38,955 nt of DNA from Ionaspis alba (Eukaryota). Within the stretch, counting starts at the first letter, position 1, and every line of letters starts with the position of its first letter. A program made the position numbers and the translations under genes. Shown here piece after piece: positions 11,793 to 23,058 of this stretch. The stretch covers positions 124,001-162,955 of the forward strand of contig CAXUUL010000001.1 in assembly GCA_964255285.1 (NCBI GenBank), in the 5' to 3' direction. The notes under the pieces were generated by a model, which worked only from the letters and a program-made list of their open reading frames with translations, was not told the DNA's origin and did no database searches.

Positions 11793-14174
11793 TCACATCT
11801 TCTGCGCCCTCGTAGTCCTCTCATAGAATTCCAATGTCATGGCCGCTAACAACGCTGGTATCTCCTTCCTCTCATCCACCCAAAACCGGATCAACCCCCT
11901 GATCTCCGCGGCAAACTCGCTTTGCGGGCCGCCCCCGATCTTCATGGAGCCGGAGTCGCCATCGAAAATCAGCGAGTTCTCCCCCCCGCCTCCATCGTCT
12001 CCCGGATAGAAAATGGAAGTCATGCGAAATCTCCCGGCCGGCATGAATTCCATCTTCCATCCCAACAGCGACGCGACTGCTTCGCGGAACTCGGTCGTCT
12101 TGAGCGCCCAGATCTGCTTCAGGCGGAGCATGCGCTTCTCCTTCTCGGCGACTTCTTTCTGCAGTTCGGAGATCTCGAGGCGAGCGTTATGCAGGGCGCT
12201 GATGGGGACGACTTTGGTGGGGGAGGATCCGCTCGCTAGTTGAGCGCGGAGTGCGGTGTTTTCTTCCCGTAAGGAGGCGATGGTGCCGCGTTTGTGGGCG
12301 GCGTGATCGTCGGTTGGATTGGAGCGGAGGGCAAGAATACGGATGCGGGAACGGGCTTCGAGAGCGGACAATTGGGATTTGGCCGCTGCGAGGTCGGAGG
12401 AGAGGAGAGTAACGGATTGTTGGAGAGCGGTCAGTTCGGTGTGAAGTTTGCGATTCTTGCGAGACAGCTCACCGAGACGCTCATCAGAGTCTTCTTCTCG
12501 AGGTCTTTTGAGGGTTTGGGTATCCGGCAGTGGATGGACGTCTTCGCGTGTGGATAAGTCATTGGATAGGACTTGAACCTCGGTTCGATATTGGGAGAGG
12601 AGCGATTCGAGCTCCTGGATCCTTTTCCGAGCTTGCTCTTCCGGTTCGTTGCGAATTTCGTCTGTAACGTCTCCGTTCTCGAAAGTTTGCAGCTGCTCTC
12701 TCAAGTAGTCGACCTCCTTAACGGCCAGAGCTTTCTGCCTCTCCAGACGACTCTTCGCTCGACTGTCGCTCGCTCCTCCGCCAGCCTTGAGCCTCTCCAT
12801 ATCGGCCAGTAGTCTGTTCCTTTCTGCCGCCAGGTTCGCGATGATGGCTTCCTTCTCCGAGACCTCCGGCCGTACCGCTCCTAGTCGTTCGAAGAGGGAA
12901 GCTCTTTCCAATCGTTCCCGGGCAAGCGCTCTAGCCACAGCTTGCGGGGAGTCGAACTCAACAGCACTTTCACCCTCGAGGTAAGAAGCCCAAGATTTCC
13001 TCTCGTCCTCGAGCATCTGCCTTTGAAGCTGTGCCTCGCCCAGCTCTCGTCGCAACTCATCTATCGATCGAACCTTGTTCTCCAGAGTCCTCTTCTCCTC
13101 CTCGACAATCTCCACGGCTTTGTGGACTTGTCGAAGATGTCGCAACTCTGCGGTCTGCTCACGATTGGTCTTCTCCAGCTTGCGCATATGAGAGATTTGT
13201 TTGGATAGTTCCCGTTTCACTGTTGCCAGATCATCGGAGTCAAGAGCTTGTGCTTTTAACTGCAGTACCTCACTCTCCAATCGGCCCACCTCGGCCTCTC
13301 GGTGCTTAAGTCTGTCCTGGGTGGACTGTAGCAGCAAAGATCTGATTGTCAGTGCGTCGCGTGTGTCCGTAATGGTCTGTTGCAAGGCTGCCTGCTGAGA
13401 CTCGAAGTCCTGCAGCTGGTATTTGTGTTGACGATGAAGCGTCGATAGCTCCGTCTGTACATCGTCGACATTTTCTTGTAAAATCCTGTTCTGGTCCTTC
13501 GATGCCCTGAGCTTTTTCTCCAACTCGTGCTGTTGGCTGGCAGATCGATCCCGGAGTTGCTCGAGCTCAATGACCAACTCGTCGTTCTTGTTGCTAGTGA
13601 TGTGTTTGCTGGTCTCGGAAGCCTTGAACTCGTCCGGTTAGTCCTGCCAATCCTCGCACGTTCTTCAGATTACATACCAACGCCCGTCTGAAGTCCGTCT
13701 CGGCCTTTGCCTGTGCGTCTCGTAGCTCCTTGCTGTGCCGCAATTGCGCGAAGTCTCGTTCTTGCTTCAACGACTCGACCTCATATTGTAGGGTCTTAAT
13801 TTGGGCCCGTAGGTCCTCGTTCCCAATATCTAGATGCCCATTAGCTCTCCTGATTCGCTGTCACAATACAGCGCCCAGCTCGTACCGGGCTTGACTGCCT
13901 GAGACTGCTGCAACGTTTGTCGCAGAGCGGCTGATTGCGGCGATCCAGAAGCGCAAGAGAGATTATCATAAATAGGCTGGGTGGTCGTGTGCCTGCTCGC
14001 GGTATGCTGTCACTCGGTCAGAACAGGTGCCGTTCGAGGGCCAGCGAGGGAAGTCCGCACTCTAGACCCTGGCACGGGGATGCCTGATGGCGCATTGCTG
14101 CTCACGCTTCGACGACGGGAAGGGGGACCAGGATCTCGGCTCCATTGGCGAGTCTGGCGCATTGGGGATGCCAT
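11793..14174 (-). CDS. MAD1: Spindle assembly checkpoint protein Mad1 (about 738 aa)
   Basis: Long coiled coil, Mad2-binding-like RILALRSNP, RLK motif in KRMLRLKQIW..EFREAV..LLGW, C-terminal IPALLAAMTLEFY. Introns 13623-13677, 13830-13885 and 14007-14060 (or 14007-14105) restore the N-terminus. Start uncertain: in-frame ATGs at 14174, 14162 and 14318. Confidence 0.93.
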
Positions 14175-14842
14175 GCTGATACTCGCGATGGGGAGGGAAT
14201 TCGCGCCCTCAGGAACAAACAGTTGAGGTGACGTGACGAACCAAACAGATCCTTGCCAAGCCTCCTGTCCTTGGACACCCGCTTGACCGTTCAAACCTAC
14301 ACTCCTACAGGTGGGCATGGCCTCGATACAGGACCTTTCACGTCACACGATGTAATAGCTTTGAGCCGAAGCGATCTACAGACAAAGGAGGTCTTTGTCT
14401 CTCCCAGTATTTGCTGATTATGTTCTTTCACATGACACGCAGAGATTGTCAACTTATGGAGTCTCTTGCCATAACGTGAACAGTTGCCTAAACTCTCTGC
14501 CGTCCTCTGTGTAGGTAGAGGACCCTAATCTAAATACAAGAAAATGGACAATGGGACGAATCTCGTCTAAGCTCTTCTCAGAGTGCCTAGGGTTTCCCAG
14601 TAAAGGATCAAAGTGTTGTTGGAGGCCATAGGTACTATGCCAGATTGTGAAAGCTAGAAGACGGACCTTGCCATTTCTCCGAGTAGAAGTGTAGTATCAG
14701 ATAAAGACCACATTCGGTCCATCCTCATGTGACATATCACAACATAAAGAGACATGAAGCAATTGGTAGAGCCCTTCCTCCAGTTAGATCGCTGATCTGG
14801 TCGTCCGTTTGGGTGGTGAGCTTAGAATGGGCACAGAAACAT

Positions 14843-16753
14843 CTAGGTAGCCTTGACCGGAACAGGCTTTCTCTGGACGCCGCTGGAGGTTTGTGGACGC
14901 GAGGTGGTCGTCGGAGAAGTGGCAGTCGGACGGGTAGATGTCGGCTTCTGCGCGCTCGCGAACCCTTGAGCGATACTCGATGCATTTGGATTCATGGGAC
15001 TTGGGCCGGGTGGGCTGTTGCATCGTGCACGAACATCGCCGGCGGAGTTGCTACGTCTCTTTCCACCTAGAGGAGGCATCGATTGTTGAGGTCCTCCACC
15101 GTAGGGTCCAGGCGACATCGATCTCTGCGGCGATGCACCCAAGGGGGCGGGCGACATTGACCGGGGAGCGCGACCTGGAGGTCCGGGCGAAGCGGCACGA
15201 TTCGGTGGCCCCATTGCAGTTTGGATGGGAAGGCGAGGAACGGGCATTGGAGGACCGCGTGGCGGGGGCTTGGAACGAGGCTTGACCGGTCGAGTGGATA
15301 GGCATGTACGCGGAGCGACACCTTGCTGGGAGCGGTCCAAACGAATGCAGAGAGCCTGTACCTCCCATTAGTCCTGTCCGTGGAAGATTGTGACCGCGGA
15401 GAGAGTGCTTACCCATCCATCGTCGTACTCGTGTAAAAGTCGGATCAGCTGGCCTGCTTTCAACTCGATCTCGTCCGCCATAGAAGGCTTGAAGTCGAGT
15501 TGGATGCGGTGAACATTGGTTGGTGGAGCTCCGTGCGTCATCGTGCTCGTCGATACGGAAGTCATGCTAAACTCAGTACCAGTGGGACTCGGCATGGCGC
15601 CTTCGATGGGTTGTGGAGTTGGAGACACAGTGCGCTTGATGTCGAGAGGTTTGGGCGCGTTGTGGCGTTGAGCTAGGTTCGCCGTGGCAGCTCCAGCAAG
15701 AGCAGTGACTCCGACTCCAAGTGCGGCTCCAGCGATTGGCCCTGTGGATTCCGACGTGGGGGTGCCAACTCTGAGAGGAGCAGGGATCTCCGAGCCATTT
15801 TGAGCCAGTTCAGCATTGTGCCCGAACGGATTCTCGACCTGCGGCTGTGCCTTTTCGAGATCTCGAGCCTGGGTGGTAGCACCGGCAGTGAGCCCTGTGC
15901 TGGTGGGGGGTTTCTGGCCCATGAACTCGGGCTCAAATTGTGTGACTGGACGAAGGCTAAGTTGAGGTGGGGTTGTCGCACGCGGAGGTGCCGGTGCAGC
16001 GGCTGCTGCGTTGTCGCCGAAGGGATTTTTCTCATCCTCGGGACGCTCATACGCTTCGTTCTGCTGCTGCCTCCTGCGGTGGTGACAAAAGGCGAGCAGG
16101 CCGAGTAAGGCCGCAAGACCAAGGATGACACCGATGGCCACACCTGCCTTCGCCCCACCCGACATACCGTTGGACGACTTTGATACGGTGGCGGGGTCAG
16201 CGTTGGAGGATGAATGACTTGCCGAGGCAGCATCGACCGGTAGTGCCGACGAAGAGACACCAGAGGTTGCGGTAGTCAGCCCGGCGGCAGAAGGAGAGGC
16301 TGTGAGAATGGATTGGAGGAGCGAAGTCGCAGTCGATCGCGGAAGAGGACTCGACGTTGTATCGGCCGCGGTGTTGCTGGATCCTGTGTCAGTCGGCAGA
16401 GACCCCACGAGCGCACTTGAAATGGCGGCCGCTGACGAGTCGGCCGCATTACTCGTCGGAGCAGCGGCAGGCGTGTCTGACGTGACTGGTAGAGGAGCAG
16501 GAGTGTCCGAGGTAACGGACTGCGCTGCCGGCGCGTCGGCGGAGGTGACACCCAGAGTCATGTAGCTTCCCACCGAGCCCTCGAAGGTTTGAGCTGCAGT
16601 CACGTATACGACGGACACGAGTGTGGCCACCTGGTTGTCGACTTGTGGCACGGGGGCATTGGCGTTCTTCCCCTTGCCGTCGCCGCGCTTGGGATGACGG
16701 CGTGGATGGATATGGTGGTGGTGGTGGTGGTAGTGTTGTTGTTGTTGAGCCAT
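14843..16753 (-). CDS. Single-pass membrane protein with Ser/Thr-rich N-terminal region and cytoplasmic SH3 domain (Fus1-like architecture, about 617 aa)
   Basis: ATG 16753; intron 15356-15412 (GTAAGC..CTAAT..CAG) joins YDDGW to ALCIRLDRSQQGVAPRTCL, completing the SH3 (HRIQLDFKPSMADEIELKAGQLIRLLHEYDDGW). TM helix AGVAIGVILGLAALLGLLAFC followed by HHRRRQ. Pro/Arg-rich tail with RSMSP repeats. Confidence 0.88.
16713..16747. repeat. Compound coding trinucleotide microsatellite (TGG)6-TAG-(TGT)4
   Basis: Directly visible; encodes QQQQHYHHHHHH at the N-terminus of the SH3 membrane protein. Confidence 0.85.
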
Positions 16754-17965
16754 GACTGATTGGGTGAGAAGCGACTGACCATGAACTTCTCCCAGGCAAT
16801 TCGAATGATATCTTGCGGTGTTGGAATAACGGCACGATGAAATGCTGAAGTGAGGACTGAGAGTTGACCCCTTGATCGCCAAACCAGGGCGGGTGAGAGA
16901 ACACAGACAAGCAGACGCACAATCGCGTAACCGAATGAATGGAACGTGAATCGGGGCAACTGCTGGTCGGAAAAGAGTGACGACACAACAGTTGTTCAGA
17001 AGCACGGATGGTGTCGAATGGTAAAAGAATGGAACGCTCTACAAGGAGAGCAAGACAGCAACAGTAGTGAGTGTGGGATCGAGGAGAGTTGAAGGTTGTG
17101 GGATGGAGAGCAGAGGGCGACTGGACAGGATTAGTGACGGCGGAAGCGCGAAAAGAAAAGCGGGCGAAACAAAGGCGCGAGAGAGGCCAGGTCGATGTCT
17201 GAAATTACACAACTAAACTACAAGAGGTAAGGTGCCAGGGGTCAGTCAGACGATCAGGCCAATGAGAACAGTCGAGGCAAGGAACTCCCAATTAGCGGGG
17301 GTCAGAAGGGTCAGACGGACCATGGGGACATGCAAGCCATTCATCGTCAGACGTTTCGGACAGTCAGGAGTCATTAACTGTAATCTACGTGTACGGTACA
17401 TGATATTACGCAGAGCACAAGTACATGATAGAGTGATGTTAACCGTGGGAAAGGGGAACGACCAGCACGTGGACCACCAGTGCGACCAGTTCGCAGTAGT
17501 CCCATTGTCCGTATACTGTGGGTTCTTCACACCAGCGAGGCGGAGCGACTCCATTCAAGGAGGGTAGCCGGGCGCGATCAGCACTCATCAAACGCCACTG
17601 GGAACACCCCCGTCATTGCTGCTGTTGTTAATTGATGTTACGGTTGTGGTGGCGCATTCAAATGCTTAGATTAAAGGATGCCTTGACGTCAAATCTCCCG
17701 GTAGATTCTCATCCCCGGTCTGAATGAATGCAAGCTCGGAGTGGAAATCGAGGCAGAGTGACAGGTAGACTTGAACTTCGAGTAGCGAATTATCTTCAGA
17801 ACATCAACATTATGCGGCCCCTCGGTCACGAATGCACGAATAATAGGCCGACTGCAGATTCGACCCTGCCGACTACCAGCATATAACCAATGCAATGAGA
17901 TCTGTTCCCCGATCTCATGCATAGACGGTGCAGAGATACTGTCGTTGACCCACATGAACTGCATC

Positions 17966-20900
17966 TTACTCTTTTCCATTGGCAACGTACTTCCCGCTCA
18001 CCAACTTCCGAATCGTCGGTACTGCTTTGTACACACCGTTCGTCGGGCCCGCCGCACCCTCATCCGCGAAGGGATCGGTCCCCTCGTCTCGAAGTCCACC
18101 GATCGAGCTCACCCCAAGCCCGCTACCCAAGCCCGCTGCATGCTCACCACCGATCTCCCATCGAGCTTCCACATTCCCGGGTTTGGCCTCCGCCTCCGTC
18201 GAGAATCGAGCAAGCAGCTTCGGGGAGGCTTCCGCATAACTGTCCAACGTCACGTCCCCGAGCCTCCAGTAGATCAGATTCTTGTCCCTGGAGAAGTGGC
18301 CCATTGGCTTGGACATGCACGACACCGCTTTGGTCTGCTCGATATTGATCATCACCACCACATTCTGCATTGACACGCTTCTACGGGCGGGAGAGACGAA
18401 GGACGGGTTGAACGCATAGGTGAGGATCACCGAGATCTGCCTGGGCTCGACCTTCCATACCGGGGTCAGAAGGATGGGAGCATGGGCTGCCAAGGTCGTG
18501 TCTTCCAGATGCACCTGATACTTGAACGCGACCGACGTACGAGCAATGTGGGCGAGGTCGACCGCGTATTCTCCCGACTTGGAAGGTACCTGGGTGATGA
18601 AAGTAGGATTCGGCGCAACTTTCTCGAGGACCGGAAAATTTTCCAGGCGGATCGTTTCCGATGCTTTATGTTGAGACTCACGCGCTTCTGTGTAAGCAAG
18701 GGCAACTTCACCAGTAACCACAGCCTTCGTCACGTGACCTTCGGTAAGCCAGGCGCTAACAGTCTCAACAATAGATGCATGGAGACCAGGTTGGTGCATC
18801 TCCGGGTGCTTCACAATGGCTTGCGAGATGCTACTCAGAGAGTGCGAAGATCTTATGGACTGCGTATCGGCACCTCTGGGGTCTTCCAGATTCAACTTGC
18901 CACCTCGAGCCGCGCTGCCACCCGGCGACAGCGGAGCCAGCCCTGCGTCTGGGAACGGTTGACTTTCAGGAGTCGACGGATTCGGTACAAACACGGTATT
19001 GCGAACATCTCTGCGGCCACGTAAGGTTCCGGGTTTGCGTTGCGGAGGGATGGCTTGTGCTTGCTAGATGCAATCAGTCAATGGCTCCATTGCAATGCCC
19101 CTATCTAGAAGTCTTACAGCGCGTAGAGTATTGGCAACATTTGACAGCGCAGTTTGCGCATCCCGATCTTCTTCGTGAATTGGCTCGTTGCGTATGTCAA
19201 GTTTGAACTGAGGTACTTCATTGTCACTGGCATTGTCAGCTCAGAGTATTTCCGGCCAACAGGCTCATAGGTAGCTTACGCAGTTGCTTCTTGCTGCGCA
19301 CGGGATATCTCGTCGACGGTAGATGACGGTACGTTGAAGCCGTCGGCATCTCGCTCGGCCTGTATCACGTGAGCGGTGACCAGCTGTTGCATTCAAGACT
19401 GCCCACCTCTTCGGGAATGGTCGACGATGGACGCGGCTTGTACGCTTTTGTAGGCTCTGAACTGAGTAGAGTCCCATTAGTCAACAACGGAGGTTCCTGA
19501 GCATTTCCGGGCTGGTTAGCATCTCTGTCCAGATCAGGCTCGGTATTCTTGTTCTTCGAGATGGAAGGGCTTGCTTGTGAATCACGACTCTCGGATGGCT
19601 CGCCCTGTTCACGGATCTGCCTTTTGGCCGATGATGCGGGTAAGTCCGTTGAGGAAGCATCTGGCGAGGGCAACTGCTGCATGTTCTTGGAGCTGGGACC
19701 TCTCCTGAGTGGGTTCCTACTTGGCTTGGAACGCTTCTCCGGAGACGGCAGTCGCTCAGTTGGTTTTGCATCCGTTTTTCGCCTGCCGATGACTGTGCCC
19801 AAGCGCTTCAGACCACTCATCCCTCCTTTCTTGTGTTCTTTTGGGGCTGCTGACGTTAGCAGTCGCCTTACTTCCCACATATTCTTCAGACATACTTGCG
19901 GGTGGCTTAGGCACATCTCCAGCTTGGGCTGATCTGTCACTCTGCCTGTCAACTGACGGTCTCGAAGGTGTCATGGCGCGGGGAGCAAGGGCAGAAGCGG
20001 CGGTCGAGGGACGGGCCCTTGCTGATTGTGCAGGGCTAGTGGGCAACGGAGAAAAGGATCCAAGGTTTGATGACGCTCTGCTTTGTTTACGAGGAGATAT
20101 GGTGGGTGTGCCGCCGGTGTTTCTGGCGACAAATGTAGATACCTCGTCTGCTGTGTTCACGTTCAACAAGACGTTGAGGCAACTTTCAGCACTCAGACGA
20201 CTTCGCTCTAGCTGATCCACCTCGTGTGTCTGAAGCTGCGTCAAAACGTCCCGTAAGTGATTGACACGGCTTTCGTCCAACGCCTGAAGCTGTTCAAAGA
20301 CAAAGGGAGCTTGGGATTGCCATTGTTGTAAGGCATCCTGAACATTGGAAGCTGCAAAGGAAACTTTGTTTGTGTCCGCCTTTGCTCCCTTAGCCAGCAG
20401 CTTTTCCGACCTCTTTTGGGCCTCTTCCAGCTCCTTAGCAATGGACTGTAAATTGCCCTGGATTGTAGTTATTCCTTGCATTTCCCGGTTCATGGTCTGG
20501 AACTCCCGCAAAGGCCGTTCTACATCGATCTCAATCTTTTGCGCAAGCATATCGTGGGATTCGGCGAGAGATTCGGTAGAAGCAACGATGCTCTGCCACG
20601 GTGTATGGAAGACACTAAGACAGGTCAGTTGTAGTAGCCAGAAGGAAACTAAAGGCTTTGCGTACCCTAGAGCAGCAGCGCCATCCTGCTGGCGTCGGGC
20701 AGCAAGCTTCTTCAGGCCCTGCACGTAGAGCTCTTCCACCTTTCGCCGTTCCTATTCACTGGTATGAGTAAGGTTATCTCACTTCAGGATAACCGGGGTA
20801 CACACAAGCAGCCAATCCGCAATATCTGCATTGATTTTGCCTATTTGTCTTACCCTCTCGTTCACAAGAGATACAGCTTGATTGGGTAGCAGAGAGGTCT

Positions 20901-20998
20901 GCAGGTGCACATTAGCCTGCGGATTCACACATGGCAGCCACGTTGGAGGTACCGGCACTCACCAACAAAGCAGGGTATTCTTGACGTGACAACTCCAT
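17966..20998 (-). CDS. SYP1: Muniscin / Syp1-FCHo endocytic adaptor (F-BAR, disordered linker, mu-homology domain; about 887 aa)
   Basis: Eight exons; introns 20899-20962, 20752-20805, 20615-20665, 19850-19895, 19360-19406, 19227-19279, 19064-19117 (2664 nt spliced). N-terminus MELSRQEYPALL..IADWLLERRKVEELYVQGL, W.SQAPFVFEQLQALDESRVNHLRDVL, GRRDVRNT, and muHD GLHASIVETVSAW..GEVAL..AFKY..RKLVSGKY. Confidence 0.92.
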
Positions 20999-21312
20999 CT
21001 TCCTGACAAACCCAGTGCGACATCAACAGCGTCGAACATTCAGCGCATTCTACAGCATACCGTGTTCGCTGAGGCGCATATAGGCAGTCCGTGCCGTCGC
21101 AATGAAGCTTGATCGCACACTTGGGCTGAATCCATTCTAGCTTACTACTTCTCTCGTCTCGCGCCAATTATCTACCCTGGAGGGGGATGTCCTCCCACCA
21201 TTGCCTCTCCTAAAGGGAGCGTCTATGTGAATGAATCCATATTGATGACGATGCTGCTCAACTCCGGTCAAAGATTAGCAAATTCATAGAGTAGAGTCTA
21301 CCCAGGAGGACC
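20999..21312. promoter_or_regulatory. Divergent promoter region between SYP1 and the CAK-like kinase
   Basis: 314 bp between head-to-head ATGs (20998 on -, 21313 on +); depends on the inferred kinase exon 1. Confidence 0.55.
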
Positions 21313-22730
21313 ATGTCCCAGAAAGGATGGCAGGCCAATATGAGCATGAGTGACAGGTTGGCTGCTGGGATGAAATTGTCAGTTCTTGATGTCCCAATGT
21401 TCTTCCTCGTTGCCTGCCATACTCATGTAAATGTCTTTGTCTTCATAGAATGTCAGCTTGCAAACGGGCATCACCGAATGCCGATCGGTCTCTGGTACAC
21501 ACCGAAGCAAAAGCCATCGAAGAGAATGCTTTCCAAATTGCAGTATCCCAAGTGTGTATCCCTGGAGCAGGACGGTATATAATGTTCATGATCGATTGAC
21601 CATTTCAAGGAACACTACCATGAATTATTGCAGTCCGCTCTCAAGCAATTGGCCGCTACTACTAGCGAGACAGAAGCACCCATACCAAGTGTCCCTGCTA
21701 AGATATACTCCACCTCCTCCGTTACGACTCGCCCTATAGGCCCTTATTCGGCGAGTTACCACGCATCCGGCCTCTTTTCCACCGTCTATGTTGCCTCCTC
21801 CACACAGTCCTCCAGCCTTATCGCCCTCAAGCTCACAACCCCATCGCAGATGTTTCCACCCCACAACTCCGTTCGCGAAGCCCGCATCCTAGCCCTCACA
21901 GCTCATTCCTCAATTATTCCCTTACTTTCCACCTTCCAACAACCAGGTGGTCACCTCGTGCTAGTTTTCCCCTTCGTGCCCCACGACTTCGCTGCGCTCC
22001 TTGACCAAGGTGCTCTCACCCCTTCCCAGTTCCGCTCCCATCTTCGAGATCTGTTCAGCGCTCTCGTGCACATCCATTCCTTGGGGGTTATCCATCGGGA
22101 CATCAAACCCTCGAACATACTCCTCATGTCTCCTTCTGGACCAGCTTACCTCGCAGATTTCGGCATTGCCTGGATGGAAGGGGATCCGGAATCAGAACCT
22201 AGCGAGGCGAAGATTACCGACGTGGGCACAACGTGCTATCGGCCGCCGGAACTACTCTTTGGGAACACTGCTTATGATAGCTCGCTAGATATGTGGGCGG
22301 CAGGGTGTACCGTTGCGGAAGCGCTTCTTGGTCCGAGGAAGACACTCTTTGATGCCGGTCCATTAGGCAGCGAATTGGCTTTGATAGCATCGATATTCAA
22401 GACACTAGGGACACCAACTACCACCACCTGGTCGGTATGCTGTAAACTCTACATCATCTGGCTTGGACATGCTCCGTTGACTCGGATTGTAGGAAGCCAA
22501 AAGATTTCCTGATTGGGGCAAGATTCAATTTCATCACTATCCTCGGAAGGAGTGGCGTGATATTCTGCCAGACGTTGGAGATGATGCAAGAGATATGGTG
22601 AGCGAGCTCGTGATCTACCAAAGTACTGATCGACTTTCTGCTAGTGAAGTGAGCCACGTCACCTAGGGTGAAACGGTTTTGGGCTGACCAATCTTAGGCC
22701 TTGGATCATCCTTTCTTCTCGAAAGTGTGA
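21313..22730 (+). CDS. CMGC kinase of the monomeric CDK-activating kinase (Csk1/Cak1-like) type with N-terminal KIX-like domain (about 393 aa)
   Basis: Exons 21313-21377, 21449-21551, 21610-22434, 22493-22648, 22698-22730 (1182 nt). Degenerate Gly loop HASGLFSTVY, IALK, PPHNSVREARIL instead of PSTAIRE, HRDIKPSN, DFG, DVGTTCYRPPELLFG, DMWAAG, FPDWGKI, ALDHPFF. The ORF-track ORF 21628-22512 has no in-frame ATG ahead of the kinase domain, so upstream exons are required. Confidence 0.85.
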
Positions 22731-23058
22731 ACTTGATCGTGGCAATTTCAGTGGAAGTCTCGATTTTTTCAGACCTGACATCTGAGTTGGGAGCGGCAAG
22801 GAGAAAGCCTTTCTGTTCAAAGTGGAAAATAAGAGTGAGTCACTCACCAAGCGCTTCCATTGATAGCGTTCCAGAAGCGGATGACTGAACAGAAATGGTC
22901 TGCTCGGAATACTTATTGAATGTAAATCTAGCTGACGTATGTTTCAAGCTGATATGCGAACCTATGGCTCTTAATGTCAAACATCCACATGTCTTTCGGT
23001 CGCTTCAAGTCTCAGGGCTCTATGACCGGCCGAGTCATGGCTCCGGCTCGTTCTGCCC

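Noticed and set aside
17689..19206. Several 100-180 aa ORFs overlapping or antisense to SYP1
   Set aside because: Shadow ORFs of GC-rich coding sequence with no domain signatures.
21242..21300. C-box-like TGATGA here and in other intergenic regions (e.g. near 36630 and 37053) as possible C/D snoRNAs
   Set aside because: No suitably spaced D box with terminal stem was found.
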